From positions 13,516,001-13,580,000 of the forward strand of contig CM022670.1 of NCBI GenBank assembly GCA_012295275.1: DNA of 64,000 bases, given 5' to 3'. The stretch comes from Chrysomallon squamiferum. Taxonomy: Eukaryota; Animalia; Mollusca. This document shows positions 1 through 13,309 of this stretch, piece by piece. Numbering within the stretch: the stretch's first letter is position 1; each line of letters starts with the position of its first letter. The notes beneath the pieces are model-generated. The model had not been told where the DNA came from and ran no database searches. It saw nothing but the letters and a program-made list of their open reading frames with translations. The translations under genes were made by a program, and so were the position numbers.

Positions 1-241
1 CCCAAAGCTCAGTGGTTTTGCTTCAGTTTGGAACTGGCGACGTAAATCTAACATGAGGAATCTCAAAGTAGAAACCAGCTTATATAAAATTTGCCTGAAA
101 AGAAAATGTTTGCATAATACATTTCATATATAATTTTACTTAATACTTCGTTAAATAGCATGTTTTTGTCACGATTATCAATTAGTTTTCTTAATCGATG
201 TATTTTTTTGTTTGTTGTTGTTGTTTTTAGTTGTTGGTATT

Positions 242-277
<36 letters not shown>

Positions 278-964
278 CTTTTTTAAAAATATATTATGGA
301 ACAAGCCACAGAAGAAGATAACCATGGTTACCCAGAACTCGTTGCTGCTCGTTCCCATAACAGCTCAATACTTCAGGCACCCCCCCCCAAACAAAAAAAA
401 AGAAAAAAAAAAAAAGGTCCGTTACTAGATTAATTGCTTAAAATGAAGACAGAATATACCACAGCAATATCCCGACTGGCCGCTAAAAAGGCAATTCAAT
501 GATGAAGAGAATTCCTTCACAAGTTGCGTGTAGAACTGTATTTTTAAAGATGGGAGCCAAGGTTGAGGTATTAGTCATTATATATGTCACGGTTCTTCGG
601 GTTAAACCTCACAAAATAGGCGGAGTGTTATACCTGAGAACAACATGAAATGCCATTTCGTCTTATAGCCAGTTGATTTACAATGCTCAGTGGATGTTGA
701 TGGAATAATAATTATGTTCACAGAAACAGAGTGCTTTATTTAACGACACACACTGTATACATTTTTAATCCATAGGGGACTGATCCTGCGATCCATCACA
801 TTTTTCAGAACATTTTGTCATTAATCTATCTGATGTCTCTCTATCTATCTATCTATTTATCTATCTATCGGTATGCAAACAATAACGATGGTGTTATAGG
901 ATTAATTAGAAATGAGTGTGTAGTGCTTTTTAAATTTCCTAAAATTGAAAATTAATTCTACTTG

Positions 965-1041
965 ATGATCGGTGCTCGGGAGCGATCCCAAAACATCTTC
1001 CCGTCTTCAAGCCTGACTGCTAACTACGCCATTGAAGCTGG
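965..1041 (-). mobile_element. Decayed tRNA-derived SINE head
   Basis: The reverse complement reads ccagcttcaaTGGCGTAGTTAGcagtcaggcttgaagacgggaagatgtttt-GGGATCGCTCCCgagcaccg, i.e. A-box-like and B-box-like motifs at tRNA spacing, but no intact cloverleaf. Confidence 0.35.
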
Positions 1042-2344
1042 TAGATAATTATGTCCATGGCACTTTGGGGTGTCATTAATCGCCTGAAAGCATTCCGTGA
1101 GATAAACGTGTTGACTTTATTTTAATTCTCTGCTTGTTATCAAACGTGGCTTTCTCTTTGCCGTGAACTAACAATGCACAGATTTACCAGCATCAAGGCG
1201 AAATTACCTTTCAACTTTGGAGACGGTTGTTATTTAATTAGCGAATATGCTTTTGTATTTAATGGATCGTTAATGACCCTGCGCTGAAGAGACGGGGCCA
1301 TTTAATTAACCAGCATTTTCGGCTTTCGGCGTCTTTCACCAGATCTCACGTATAGGAATCACACTATTGTTAAGAAGAAGAAGAAGGAAAAATGCTCTTA
1401 TGGATTTGTGTAAGCATACAACACTTATTGAAAGGTTCTTGACTTGTTTAATAAAGATGATAATGATTATGATGGTGATGATGAAAATGATGATAATAAT
1501 TATAACAAGCAGTAAGCAGCATAGCCTTTATCGCCAACTACAACAATAAAGCGCGCAACTATTTAAACCCGCTTATAATTATATACGAATGTGTTTTATA
1601 TTTCAGTTTTGTTTTATTTTGCTTTTTTTTTTTCTGTTCGTGTTTGTTGTTGTTTCTATTTTGTTTTTCTTATTTGTTTTATATGCTTTTTATTTCTTTT
1701 TCTTTATTATTATTATTATTATTATTATTTTGTGTTTGTTGTTTTTCTTTTTCGTCTTGCTCTCTCTCTCTTACTTCACACTGGATGAAGTTTATAGTGG
1801 TAAGCATGCTGAAATCACGAACACCCAAATAATAGAATTTATCAACAGACTTTATTGAATTAGTCCAGTTATCGCTTTTCACACTGTAGTGTTACAAGCA
1901 CTTAGCTGACTCGATCTGCAGTCGAGGACGTCTTAAAGACTATCACTGGTGGCAAGAAGGAATGACCTAAATACACTCCTGTGATAATAGTAGCAGTAGC
2001 AGTAGTTGTAGTGGTGTTATTAATATTAGCAGTAGCAGTGTCTATTTGCAGCAGTAACAGTTCTACTATTACTGATATTGTTGTAGAATTGTTGTAATAG
2101 TAACAATAGTTGTTGTAATTATAGTAATAATGTTGCAGTTTTGCTGTTGTGGCTGGATTAGCAGTAATAATAGAAATAGTAGTATTGTTGCTGTTGTAGT
2201 AATAGTATAACTGTAAAATTGCAGTGAAAGTGTTAGCTGAAATTATGGTTGTGATAGTAAAAGCGCCACTAATAGCTGTGAATGAATTCATTTTTGTTTC
2301 GAAACATCTAGGCATATCGTTTTTATTTTAATTATTTATTTATT

Positions 2345-2346
<2 letters not shown>

Positions 2347-2423
<77 letters not shown>
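2347..2423. repeat. (ATT)n microsatellite; many others (e.g. 8597-8641, 34790-34832, 39485-39530, 60805-60848, 61211-61265)
   Basis: Directly visible. Confidence 0.95.
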
Positions 2424-2424
<1 letters not shown>

Positions 2425-3131
2425 CGGTCATTTGCTTTTTTATATATATTTTTGTTAAATCATATATATATAATGAAAGAGAAATGTCGTTGCCTCCATC
2501 AAATTTTCTATTGTTGCTGAATATAGAATTTTTATGATTATTATTATTTGCACCTATTAATTTTACGAAGATACATGCCATAGCCAATACTAGAAACGTA
2601 GCCAGTGGTAGTAACACCAGCAACTGTGATTGTAATCGTCAAAGTATTATCACTTTGTTCAGTAATATACCAGTATCTTTAAGTTGCACAGTGTGATTTC
2701 GCCATTAATATTACTGTTATTGCGGAGATTAAATTATATCTGCTTCGTAATTACAGTATTGATATTTTGTTAAGTTCATATCTGGTGTTATATCAAAGTA
2801 ATAATTCTAAAACGACAGTGATCACTAATCAATGACAATAACATTGATTTTCTTCACTGTCATATGTGTTAATTACCTAGATTGATTTGATTTTTATGTG
2901 TGTATACGCGAAAATGTGTAAGATAATTTCAGGGTGTAGATGTAGGTATCAGTGTACTGAGAGTGTGTTTGTGTGTACCCGCATGTTGTTTGTTTTTGTG
3001 CGTTTTACATTGTGTGAGTCTGTTTTACATAATTGTTTTATTTTTATTATTTTTTTATTTATTTATTTATCATTTTTGTATTAAAATGTCCTCATCCTTA
3101 TATTATGCTAGTCCACTTTTAGACTCGCAAC

Positions 3132-3168
<37 letters not shown>

Positions 3169-3617
3169 AAAAACAGTTTCTGTAACCTACCTGACCATTC
3201 TTTTGGTTGTCATTGTCTTAAAACTAAAAACTGTCCAGTAGTTACAGAGGTCTGTGACGTGAAGCAATTGTTGAATCAGCAGTTGCCAGTGATACAGCGC
3301 TGTTGTTGTATTAACAATCGTCATACGTTAGCTAGCTTTAACCGTTCCACCAGATGCCGATTATGACGTCACAATTGCGTAATTGAATTATCGGCACGTG
3401 AACACTGCTTTATCTGGTAACGAAATTATTTCAAAGACTTTATTTTGTAGTCAACCATTTAATAATTCATTTATTCATTATTATTATTATTATTACTACT
3501 ACTATTACTATTACTATTATTATTATTTATGATAGTAATAATAGCAATTGCAGAAATGTAATGACAGTAACAGTAGTAATAGTTACAATGATAGTATTGT
3601 AGTATTTAGTAGAAAAT

Positions 3618-3663
<46 letters not shown>

Positions 3664-4348
3664 CAGTAATTATTATTTTTTTCATTCTCACACACACTAC
3701 ACTTTTGATGCAGACACTATAATTCTCTGTCTTGTTAAAGTCTAACTAGGTAGTTTAAGGTATGGAACTAGTTAAAATAATCATTGTATTCAGTTCAAAC
3801 TCTCGTTTCATTAGGTTCTACAGTGGACATGTACTGTGTAATACTGTCCTCGTGAAGCATTGTCTGTCTCCTGGTCTGTATTTTTCTTCAGAGCATAATT
3901 TGTAGACAATCGCGTGGTAGCAGGAGCTCTTTCTTTCTCTCCCTTTTTACAGGTTTTTGACCTGTGTCATTCTTATCCAGAGGGCTTATATCGTATAACT
4001 GTATACGTCATTAAATAGTGCAGTTTTTCTTCCTTTATACTTTTCATTAATACGCTAAGACACTAAACTCAAGGTATTTTGTAATTTCTGAAACTCCTGT
4101 ACCCTTGACACATTCTGTGGATGTACTAACCTTTTTTTTTCTTCTTCTTTTTTTTCAAAAACAGAATTGTAAAGGTTGACTGACTGATGATATCTGGCAC
4201 CATGCTTCAATAAATAAAGCGTTCTTGCAAGCGAATGATTCCCAGTGCGTTTATGATACACTAATGAGGAAACCTCCTAAGTGGACTTGTTAAATCCTTT
4301 CACCAATCTGTACAGTAGAAGTATCACGGATACGTTGTGATGGAGAAT

Positions 4349-4387
<39 letters not shown>

Positions 4388-6105
4388 CCATAATTTTGTG
4401 TCAGGGTCGCGACGTATCTGTCTGGGCGAAATAGTCGTCTTAATGTCGTGAAGTAAGCTGGATGTGGAATGAGGGGGAAGAGGAATTGGAACGGGAGAAG
4501 ATCAAGTAGAAGAAAAAGAAGAAGAAATAATAATAAAATACTGCATATCATTGGGAATTTCCAAGTAAAAATATTCATGAAACACAACGAAAACGACTCC
4601 CAATATTATTAGTAGTACTGTTGTTATTACTATTACTGTTGTCGTTATTTCTACTACTTCGACCACGACTACTGTTATTATACAAACACTACTACTGCTA
4701 TTAGTACTACTGTTATTACAGTTACTAATATTACTTTTGTGTAAGAATTTTCTACGGAATAAAAGGTTATTACTGTGATTTTAGAATGTATAAAATGTTA
4801 ATTAGATTTAGTGACAAACGACTTATGGAATCATTGCTCTATCCAAGAAAACAATGAAATGATAATACATAATGTGGCATATGTATTTTAATTCATAATA
4901 TCACATATCTGTTTCACTATATGGCGTATATATAACAGATAAAGCATAATTTATTTCTTCTTTTTAATTTTTCCAGAATGAATATTTTTCATGATGATGC
5001 ATTTAGTATCGAAATATACCATTATCTCTGAAGTTTCAAAACTTAAATCGTTTTACTGTACTTTAATAGCGTAAGTAATTAATTTGATTCCATAATGAAA
5101 CATTTTTATAATGTTTATTTAACAGTGAATATTAAATCAATAAATGTCCTTCACAAAACTGGAATTTAATTTGTCCTCAGCGGGTAGCAAGAATTGTGAC
5201 ATCACATTCCAATATAGTACAAACCATTAAAAATCACAACTGATGTGAGCGTAAAAACAAACCATGAACTCCAAAAACACCATCTCATTCCAAAACAAAG
5301 AGTACATTCTAAGAACGTCTCGCTAATTTCGACTAATAGCAAACCATCTTAAAATCTCTAATAACTGCGTCTTTTGAACCTAAATTGTTACAATTAGCAA
5401 GCGTATATCTCAATTACACGGAACACAGGCGAAAAACAAAAACGTCTGTGGTCTTTCGCGCCTCGGGGCTATGCTGCTTTCCTTGCAACATCCTCTGATG
5501 AGCCCTGATAACCACACTTCCTAAAGAAAGGCCTTCAGGCATGCGATGGCGCTTAGACCTATTACAAGTGCTGATGCCCCGACCGCCATCAAAGAGATGC
5601 TAGCCACAAAGGGAACGTAGCTTGCGTTTCTTTGCTAATTCTGTGGATATTAGCTTTGTGCGAAAAGCTCTCCCGCCAGACAATAACATTATTAGTTTCT
5701 TGCCGCGTTTAATAGCCAGGATTTTTATCAAGAAGGACCAGCTTACTCCGAACTGCGATACATCCTCACTAGATGTTGAGAGTGGCCTTAATGAAATGCT
5801 ATTAAAACATACTGTAGTGAGTGACACACACAGTCTGCCAGTCTTCTGGAAACAAGTTAATAAAACAAATAAATAAATATATATATAATAAAATATACGT
5901 ACAAACAAAAAAGTATACATTTAAAAATAATAAACATTTGGTCAAACGCATCTGAACGCAGAGATAAGCTCTTACAAACAAAGCCAAAGCGGTCGCAGTG
6001 AAAGATACATTACGAAAACCAAAAAGACCATCAAGGATAAATACAAATACATCTCTGTAGGAATATGCAAAAGCACTTCTGCTCCAATAAATAATAAATA
6101 ATTGG

Positions 6106-6106
<1 letters not shown>

Positions 6107-6163
<57 letters not shown>

Positions 6164-6191
6164 CTATCTATCTATCTATCTATCTATCTAT
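6107..6191. repeat. (TCTA)n microsatellite
   Basis: Directly visible; a similar (TAGA)n tract lies at ~48380-48420. Confidence 0.95.
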
Positions 6192-7094
6192 ATAAAATCA
6201 AGCACGTATTATGCATACGCTCAAAGACAATATACAAACAAACATGACCGTGCAGTATTCACCAGCGCATCTAATAAACAGCAAATTAACACGGTTAATT
6301 TATTGCTTAAGCCGTCCAGACGAGGCAAGGATATATTGCAATATATTGTGACAGATAAAGGAAACAACAGTGCCACGCAGTACGCAATCGACACATTACG
6401 TATGATGTTGTCTGTGTTTGATAATGTCACGTTACTCACAGAATAATTAAAATTACGCATTATTACAAAACATTTCGAAATATTTAATTACTGTGATTCA
6501 TAGTATGCGTGCTCGACTATTAATGAAAAATAATTATAAAGTAAACAAGATACAGATATATGTATATATAAAATGCAATTGATTTCACAGATCGGATTTA
6601 ATCGGTTTTATAAATATATAATATTTTTCTTAAAATTAATTACCAGTATCATCGAAATTCTTTGTTATGTAATTAAATTACTCTAGACAAGAAAAAAAAA
6701 GTTGTTTTCATCGCAAAACGATTAACTTTATTTTGTTATTAAATTTATCTTTTCTTATTTAATAAAAATGCACAAATTCAATTATGGAAGGTCAAAATGA
6801 ATGTCAAACAGAATATGGATTGAACTTCATATTTGCTTACGTTAAGAATTTTATCTGAGTTTTGAATCTGCGTTTTCAGACCAGGAAATACTGGTTAGAT
6901 TAAAATACTGATGGTTCTTGTTATTTGTGAAACCAGATTCCTGTCAAATGAAATATTTATTTATAATTGTCTTTTCAATAAATAAGTAAACGATCTTTAC
7001 AGACATTCTTAAGTGGCCATATTTTTGTTAAAAAAACAAACATGACGAATGGGATAAATAAGCGGGAGAAAGAGAGACAGAGCGTCAGAGTGTG

Positions 7095-7203
<109 letters not shown>

Positions 7204-8596
7204 AAATATAGGACTATGAAAATATACAAAATGCACTTCAAGTAACCTATATACGTGCACATTCGTCCATCTCAAAGAACTTGCTAGCAGTATAGTTATT
7301 AGTTATAAATCCTACTTAACGCAAAGGTTTTACACATTGATCGTGTGACGAAAACAAGACAAGAACTGACTGTAGCTTTGCGACCTTCCCTAGAGGTGCA
7401 AGAGGAAGAGTCCGAAAATAGTTCAGTTATTTTTGAATCTTTTCTTTCGTCTTCACTTTTCCAGTGAATCTTGCGACTTTGTATCATAAATAGTGCGGAT
7501 GATCAGTTTCTTTCGAGTGTGAAGTTTTCCTGTCGTTTAACTCGGGACATCTGTAGTTTGCCTAAAACTGAATTATACAGTCTCCAGTCTGCCTAAATAT
7601 TACAGGGAACTACATACCACGGCTTCTGATAAGCCGGTGTGTAACTAAAATGTCCTTGAATACATCCACCAGTGTGAAGATATTTATCGAAACTATGGCA
7701 AGGTCACCATGTTCTATGAGGCTATTTCATAACAAAACAAATTTTCTTATAGTTTAGTGTTGTGGTTTCGGAGAGAGAGAGAGAAAAAAAAAAATACCTT
7801 GAAGCCTGTAAATTTAGTGTTAATTCAAAGATTCTATTACATTTTTCGCAGTTTTCAGACTGTCTGGATTTTTCAAACATTGAGAATCTTTATATAAATT
7901 CATTCTATCACTTCTTTCGGTTTCGTTTTTTGGTGGGGTTTTTTTCACTCTGTTTTTTCCCTCTCTGTCTTCATGAATAAACCTTTATTTTCTGTTATGG
8001 CTCAAAGTAGTTTCTTATCTGAAGTAATTACTGGCTCGTAAAGCCTATTAAATATTCCATCAGCTTCTCTGATAATGGAATTATTGGTGCGGATACATAA
8101 TATTCAGTTTCTTAATGATTTAACGCTTCTTAAAGTCCTAATGATTTTCCCATTAACAACACTAAGTTCTAAAGATGTCGTTAAATAAAGGAATATAATT
8201 ATTTTCTGAAAATATAGCCTGGTAAGTGATAATGCTATTATTGGTAATGAAGTTATGCGTGGGTTTTTTCTCTAATTTATCATATAACCAATCATTCCTA
8301 TTAAAATGTGTTGAGATTTGCTAGACAAATATTAGTTCGCTGATTTTGAAAAGGTTAAGTCTACCAATGTTAACGTACACTTTCTATAAAAAAATAAAAG
8401 ATATATTACTTGATGATGAAGAAGAATAATCATGATATTGTTTATAAAAGTCTGATTTTCTTTCTTTCTTCTTGTTTTTGTTTTGTTTGGAATCATTATG
8501 TTTTACACAGAAATATAATAAACGGATAACTGGTAAATATTGATGAAGATGACAACGACGACGATAATGATAATGATTATTATTATGATTATTATG

Positions 8597-8641
<45 letters not shown>

Positions 8642-9079
8642 TGCATTTACATACACATTTCTATATAAGACATTGCATTATTTCGAAAAAAAAAAAAAAA
8701 AAGCAGCCTCCGTGAATGATCTGTCTTGTTACATTATTTTCATACTTTATTATTAAGAAAGAGTGGTGTTAAAAAAAAAGAAAAAAGAAACAACACCTGA
8801 GCATCTGTTTAAACTATTTGTTAACACATTCACTTTAACAACAATTTGTGAAAATAATTATTTTTGCTATTACTCTGTATTTACATATTATTGCCAACAA
8901 TCAATGACAAAATAAAATATTATTTTTAGATATTAATGAAACAAAGTACAAATATTATTATTTTATTTATTATTATTATTGTTATTATGTCTTTTTAAAA
9001 AAAAGAAAAGAAAAATGTTGAAGATATTGTCAGATTATTCAACAAACCTGTCCCCATTAGACTATTATGTCACAGGGCA

Positions 9080-10171
9080 CTATCGTCGCGAATCGCCGCT
9101 CGAGTTTCTCTGCGATATTTCCTGATCGCTGTCTAACAGACTAGTCGAAAACGGCTGAACGGGTACGTCCAGAGACAGCTTCCCGTTGTTTTGCACCGCC
9201 ACTCTCTGGTCCCTCATCTGCGCTAGAACTTTTTCCTTCCTGCAGATGTAATGGCGGAAAGTGCCGAATATAAACAAATCCCAGAATCCGCGAGAAAAGG
9301 AGAACAGCTGAAACAGTCTGAACGCGCTTGCGTCGTTGGTGAGGAAAAGGGCCGAGCTGTGGTCTATTAAAAACATGGTCACTTCGAGGGGGAAGTGGCT
9401 GACAACGAAGCAGACGTAAAGAGCGAACGTGAAAACTATGACGGATATGGACGGTTTGTATGGCCGACCGGGCTGATAGGAGTTCGTTTTTTTGCAGATG
9501 AACAAAATGAAGAGGCATAAGGTTCCAAGAGAAGGAAGCAAGAACATGACGAGGAAATCGAGCACCACGAACACTTTAAACACGTGCATGAACTGATGGG
9601 ACACGAAACACAAAGCCACGTGCGTCAGCGGATGTTCCTGGAAAACGTAGTACTGGGTGTGGTAAAGAACCACGGACCAGATATTGTAAGACGCAGCAAA
9701 GAACCAAATAAGACTCGTGAAAAACAGACACCTTCCAGCCGAGAGAGGTCGCAGTCTGTGGTCTAAAGACGCTAATATTCTTTCCGTCGCTAAAAATAGA
9801 ATTGAAAACGCTATCGCAGTTTTGCCGACGTTGGAAAAGTAGTAGTAACTCTTGCATAAGTAAGGGGACAAATCGTACACGAATTTTTGAGCTATATCCA
9901 GCGGCATCGTAACCACGGCAGTCATGAGGTCACCGACGGCCACCGAAAAGACGAGAATGTTGGTGGCCTGTCCCAAAAGTTTTCTTGTGAAGTACAAAAA
10001 CAACAACGATATGTCTCCGAGAATGACCACTACGTTTAATGTTACCTCGAGGATGAGGAAGAACCACGGAAGTTTCTGAGTCTCGAAATTCCTCCCGTTC
10101 ACCAACGTCATGTTGAGAACACGGTCCTCCTCCGACATATTATTACACGATCTAAAAATTAAGCATTCCAT
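9080..10171 (-). CDS. Rhodopsin-like (class A) 7TM GPCR, orphan/peptide-receptor-like, 363 aa, single coding exon
   Basis: Long GC-richer ORF with seven hydrophobic segments. N-terminal N-glycosylation sequons (NMS, NMT), TM2 VAVGD, Cys at the top of TM3 (YLCK) and in ECL2 (ALCF), E-R at the DRY position (LATERI), TM4 Trp, TM5 FLLP, TM6 HFP. A likely acceptor (ttcttgcaatttAG on the - strand) at 10450-10451 suggests a spliced 5' UTR. Confidence 0.92.
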   Translation of the reverse strand: MECLIFRSCNNMSEEDRVLNMTLVNGRNFETQKLPWFFLILEVTLNVVVILGDISLLFLYFTRKLLGQATNILVFSVAVGDLMTAVVTMPLDIAQKFVYDLSPYLCKSYYYFSNVGKTAIAFSILFLATERILASLDHRLRPLSAGRCLFFTSLIWFFAASYNIWSVVLYHTQYYVFQEHPLTHVALCFVSHQFMHVFKVFVVLDFLVMFLLPSLGTLCLFILFICKKTNSYQPGRPYKPSISVIVFTFALYVCFVVSHFPLEVTMFLIDHSSALFLTNDASAFRLFQLFSFSRGFWDLFIFGTFRHYICRKEKVLAQMRDQRVAVQNNGKLSLDVPVQPFSTSLLDSDQEISQRNSSGDSRR

Positions 10172-11081
10172 GATGTTTATATGCTCAGTATATCATTATC
10201 GATTCACTCACTGCATGTCACAAGCAAAGTTGTCCATGGAATCTGGTTGGCCGAACAGCCGAGTATTTTTTTTTTTTTTTTTTTTTTTTTCACTCTTTCT
10301 CATCAGCGCGATTAGTTGAACACATGTTCTCTGATTTCATTTTACACTTTTAACTTGGACGCATTCAGACGTTTTTCAGCCGTCTCCCATCGCAGTGTTG
10401 AACTTCCAGCGGGAACTCACTTCATTTTTTCCAGTGTCGTTTCGCTTATCTAAATTGCAAGAAGAAGAAGAAGAAAGGATAATTAAATCTTTTATGTAAA
10501 AAAAACAAAAAAAAACGACAACTTTAAAGTTCTTTTAGGAAATAATTCATTGTTTAATTGGAAATGTTTATAAAATATAAAATTCGTAGATGCAGAAGAC
10601 GGGGAAAAGACTATGCCGATCTCTTTTTTTTTTTTTTAACTATTATTTTCATTTATTCGTTCACTCATTTATCTGTTCAGTTCATTTATTTTTTTATTTT
10701 GCAGTTTTGTTTATAATGCAGACAATTTCATCTGGTAAGTCATTACAAAAGCTGAGATAGCGCACACCCTTATATCATATGGTGGATCAGCCATTGATTT
10801 TAGATAAATGTAATAGATTACGTAATATTTATGTGTTGATCTCTGGTATTGCTGCTAAGTCGGTATCCTGTGTATATTCTAGCGAATTGCTTATTTAGTG
10901 CATACTTACAGGCCTTGGTAATGACGAAAGTGTAACAGTAAAGTGGAAATAGTTTGTTTATATATCGTATATAATAATTATTCTTTTACGTAGTTTATAC
11001 GGGGGCAGTTATAGGTGAGTTCGTTAACTTTTAAAATACTAATTTTATATTTATCTTTGTTGTTGTTGTTTTCCTTTTCTT

Positions 11082-11112
<31 letters not shown>

Positions 11113-11134
11113 TTATTATTATTATTATTATTAT

Positions 11135-11179
<45 letters not shown>

Positions 11180-11249
11180 CAGCAGTAGTAGTAGTAGTAG
11201 TAGTAATATTTTATTTTTATTTTATTTTATTTTATTTTATTTTTTTATT

Positions 11250-11281
<32 letters not shown>

Positions 11282-11522
11282 CACCATTGAAGAAAAGTCT
11301 GGAATAAAATTTATATATGATTTAAACTGATTATAAACAGATACACTGCATATATTGGAAGTAAGAACATGATAGAAAAGTATAATGTATTTTTGTGAAA
11401 TGGAAAAGATGGAATAAAATAAAATTTAAGGCCCCCGCTTTAATTTTCTAGAGATGGATAAAATACAAAACCATATTAAACACAGAGTTACGATTTTGTT
11501 TAATTAATTAATTAAAATCGCA

Positions 11523-11555
<33 letters not shown>

Positions 11556-11959
11556 TGTGTTATGTATGTATGTATTGATTTTGATTGGTTTGATTTGATT
11601 TGATTTGATTTTTTCTTATTATTTTTTAATTTTTATTTTAGCTTATTTTATTATTATTATTTTTTTTATTATTATTATTATTATTTTTTACCAATTTAAA
11701 AAAAAAAAATCCACAGCTAAAAAGGAATCTTTTTACAACGAAGATGGTGATGAAAACAAAGATTGTATTTTGTAATTACGTCCCCTTATTTTTTTACTGA
11801 TAAGATTTCTCTAAAACTTGTTGTTTTGTATTATCGAAATATTAAGTAAACAGTCACCAGTAATTATCTGTGTATTACAAATTTATTCATGAACATAATT
11901 TTATTATCTGTAATCTTTATATCATAATATACACGCATGTAACATTTAATCTTGAATTT

Positions 11960-13309
11960 GCCTAAGCTTCGGAGTTTTTAACTCACATTAATTATTACGA
12001 TGTTCTGGTGTTTGTAATTAACTTGCATGTCACTAAGCTACGGGGATGGTAACTGAACTATTACAAAGTTGCGGAGTTTTTGACTTATCTTGTATATATA
12101 TAAAACACTAAGTTTCGGAGTTTTTAACTCACCTTAGTTATTACGAAGTTGCGGAGTTTGTAACTTACGTTAGTTATTACGAAGTTGCGGAGTTTGTAAC
12201 TTACCTAGCACGTTACTAAACTACGGGTTTGTAACTTACCTTGCACGTTACTAAACTACGGGGTTTGTAACTTACCTAGCACGTTACTAAACTACGGGGT
12301 TTGTAACTTACCTTGCACGTTACTAAACTACGGGGTTTGTAACTTACCTAGCACGTTACTAAACTACGGGGTTTGTAACTTACCTAGCACGTTACTAAAC
12401 TACGGGGTTTGTAACTTACCTTGCACGTTACTAAACTACGGAGTTTGTAACTTACCTAGCACGTTACTAAACTACGGGGTTCGTAACTTACCTAGCACGT
12501 TACTAAACTACGGAGTTTGTAACTTACCTAGCACGTTACTAAACTACGGGGTTTGTAACTTACCTAGCACGTTACTAAACTACGGGGTTCGTAACTTACC
12601 TAGCACGTTACTAAACTACGGGGTTCGTAACTTACCTAGCACGTTACTAAACTACGGGGTTTGTAACTTACCTTGCACGTTACTAAACTACGGAGTTTGT
12701 AACTTACCTAGCACGTTACTAAACTACGGGGTTCGTAACTTACCTAGCACGTTACTAAACTACGGGGTTCGTAACTTACCTAGCACGTTACTAAACTACG
12801 GGGTTTGTAACTTACCTTGCACGTTACTAAACTACGGAGTTTGTAACTTACCTAGCACGTTACTAAACTACGGGGTTCGTAACTTGAGCACGTTACTAAA
12901 CTACGGGGTTCGTAACTTACCTAGCACGTTACTAAACTACGGGGTTCGTAACTTACCTAGCACGTTACTAAACTACGGGGTTTGTAACTTACCTAGCACG
13001 TTACTAAACTACGGGGTTTGTAACTTACCTTAGTTACTAAACTACGGGGTTTGTAACTTACCTAGCACGTTACTAAACTACGGGGTTTGTAACTTACCTT
13101 GCACGTTACTAAACTACGGGGTTTGTAACTTACCTAGCACGTTACTAAACTACGGGGTTTGTAACTTACCTAGCACGTTACTAAACTACGGAGTTTGTAA
13201 CTTACCTAGCACGTTACTAAACTACGGGGTTTGTAACTTACCTAGCACGTTACTAAACTACGGGGTTCGTAACTTACCTAGCACGTTACTAAACTACGGG
13301 GTTCGTAAC
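11960..13309. repeat. 36-bp minisatellite, about 31 homogeneous units (12196-13309) plus degenerate units on the left
   Basis: Unit GTAACTTACCT(A/T)GCACGTTACTAAACTACGG(G/A)GTT(T/C). Sequence lines recur every 180 bp (5 x 36). Shortened units near 12885 and 13030. No spacers. Confidence 0.97.

Noticed and set aside
965-1041. tRNA gene
   Set aside because: Only degenerate A/B boxes; acceptor and anticodon stems cannot be formed, so it is treated as a SINE head.
5440-5920. Moderately GC-rich patch with ORFs on both strands (5600-5920, 5622-5876), considered as a retroelement or exon fragment
   Set aside because: No RT, endonuclease, transposase or other motif recognised, and no convincing splice boundaries.
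9141-9857. Overlapping ORFs 9141-9518, 9576-9857 and 9584-9766
   Set aside because: Alternate-frame shadows of the GC-rich GPCR CDS with no recognisable motifs.
9080-10171. Contaminant or horizontally acquired origin for the intronless GC-rich GPCR ORF
   Set aside because: Intronless coding regions are common in animal class A GPCRs, and it has an upstream spliceosomal acceptor and host-like flanks.
12233-12885. Stop-free + strand frame through the minisatellite, (NLPSTLLNYGVC)n
   Set aside because: No start codon or flanking splice sites, broken by indel units, and expected by chance for a unit length divisible by 3.
12196-13309. CRISPR array (36-bp repeat with an internal palindrome)
   Set aside because: Units are head-to-tail with no unique spacers, there are no cas genes, and the context is eukaryotic.
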